Positions 62,912 through 64,000 of a DNA stretch of 64,000 nucleotides are shown here, in pieces (the first letter of the stretch is position 1; each line of letters opens with the position of its first letter). Under the pieces are notes generated by a model. It was not told the DNA's origin, searched no databases, and saw nothing but the letters and a program-made list of their open reading frames with translations. Source of the stretch: Dipteris shenzhenensis (Eukaryota); NCBI GenBank assembly GCA_047967505.1, contig CM106538.1; one strand, 5' to 3'. The position numbers and the translations under genes are program-made.

Positions 62912-64000
62912 TGTTGGTAAACTGAAAGGAAAGAGAAGAGTGGACACAAATTCAGAATACTTGCATATAGAATGAAGAAGAGTGAGGTCCTTATGTAGGC
63001 ACCTCTTACATGCTCATTGACATCACTGATGACTTCAGAGCTCCACAATCATCTCCTCAATCTGCTCCTAGATTCTCTCAATCATCCTATGTGGCTTTCC
63101 ACCACCTAACTGTGCTTATGGGCACCTAACTGTGCCTCTAGCACTCACACATAGAAACCAAGGTGTGCCTGAGGCATACACCTTGAGATATCCCAACAAA
63201 CCCCCCCTCAAGGGAATGCCTCAGGCTATGTCAAGGATACAACTAGCACAAGGTGTCTCATGCCATCTCATGGTGGTCATGGATCTATCAATGGCTAGGA
63301 TCTCAAGCTAGCAAGGGTTCCCATGGGTGTAAGGTAAACAAAAGGGATACAAAAGACCTTCCAATGGTTATCTCCCCTGCATGTACATGCACACAATGTG
63401 TGCAGGAGATACCATGGAGCATAAACACATACACATGGCCTACATCATAAGGTGACCAGAGGTGTTTACAAAACTCACAAAACACAATAGTTTATTTCAT
63501 TCATTTTGGAGGACTATCGAGGCTGAGTACCTTGACTCAACATAAAAAGAGAGATCTGGAGCATACATAGAGATGATTTAAAATGCATAATCTTCAAAGG
63601 ATGCCTCATCTTGTGGAGGCACATCAACTGAAAGTAGATTGGCATTTTCTGTCTTTGCTTTGGCTTTGCAAAACTTCTCATGATGATTGTTTTTGCCACA
63701 GTGTTTGCATGGATTGATTTTGAAGCAGTCCTTTGAAAGGTGATTTGTCTTTCCACAATGATTGCAAGGTGTAAACTTGCCCTTCTGGATTTTTACAGCA
63801 TAAGCTGTGTCATTGCCTTTCCTGAGCTCCATGTGCCTTTCTTCTTCTTGGAGAGCAGAGATAATACCTTCAAGATTAGGATTAGGAAGATTTTTCAAAG
63901 TGGTAACAATATGATCATAATCTTCAGGCATACTCTTAAGCAACACTGCCATAGCATCATCTGTAGTGATAGGAGAGTTAATGGAAGCAAGTTGAGTCAT
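62912..64000 (-). mobile_element. 3' end of another Gag-only LTR element: double-knuckle gag, PPT and 3' LTR (62912-63198)
   Basis: ORF 63578-64000 resembles gag 14389-15018 (AVLLKSMP...TTLKNLPNP; CNHCGKTNHLSKDC and CKHCGKNNHHEKFC). The stop lies about 370 bp before the PPT GAGGGGGGG and the TGTTGG LTR start. Confidence 0.82.

Noticed and set aside
52704-64000. MetRS exon 10 and later (anticodon-binding domain, GNxY..xAPW motif)
   Set aside because: I found no matching + strand exon by eye. It is presumed beyond the window, though a short exon could have been missed.

Overview
Eukaryotic land-plant nuclear DNA, dominated by transposable elements. Large TE-filled introns, RTE-X-like LINEs and CT/TG microsatellites suggest a large-genome plant such as a fern, but this is inference only. 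One host gene is present: an organellar (plastid/mitochondrial) methionyl-tRNA synthetase (OVA1/MetRS1 type) on the + strand. Nine exons (473 codons) span 30985-52703 and the remaining exons lie beyond the window. Intron 7 is a 7.9-kb GC-AG intron. Upstream lies an 18.3-kb Athila-like Ty3/Gypsy element (minus strand, tRNA-Asp PBS) with an unusually large (~1,240-codon) degenerate extra ORF after pol. That ORF is interrupted by a 3.2-kb Gag-only LTR element, which carries a captured and internally inverted LEA_2/NHL-family host gene plus a triplicated PPT. Two more Gag-only elements, Copia remnants, a solo LTR, several LINE fragments and a Mutator-like foldback element fill most of the rest. 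All coordinates and identities come from manual reading; no database searches were run.
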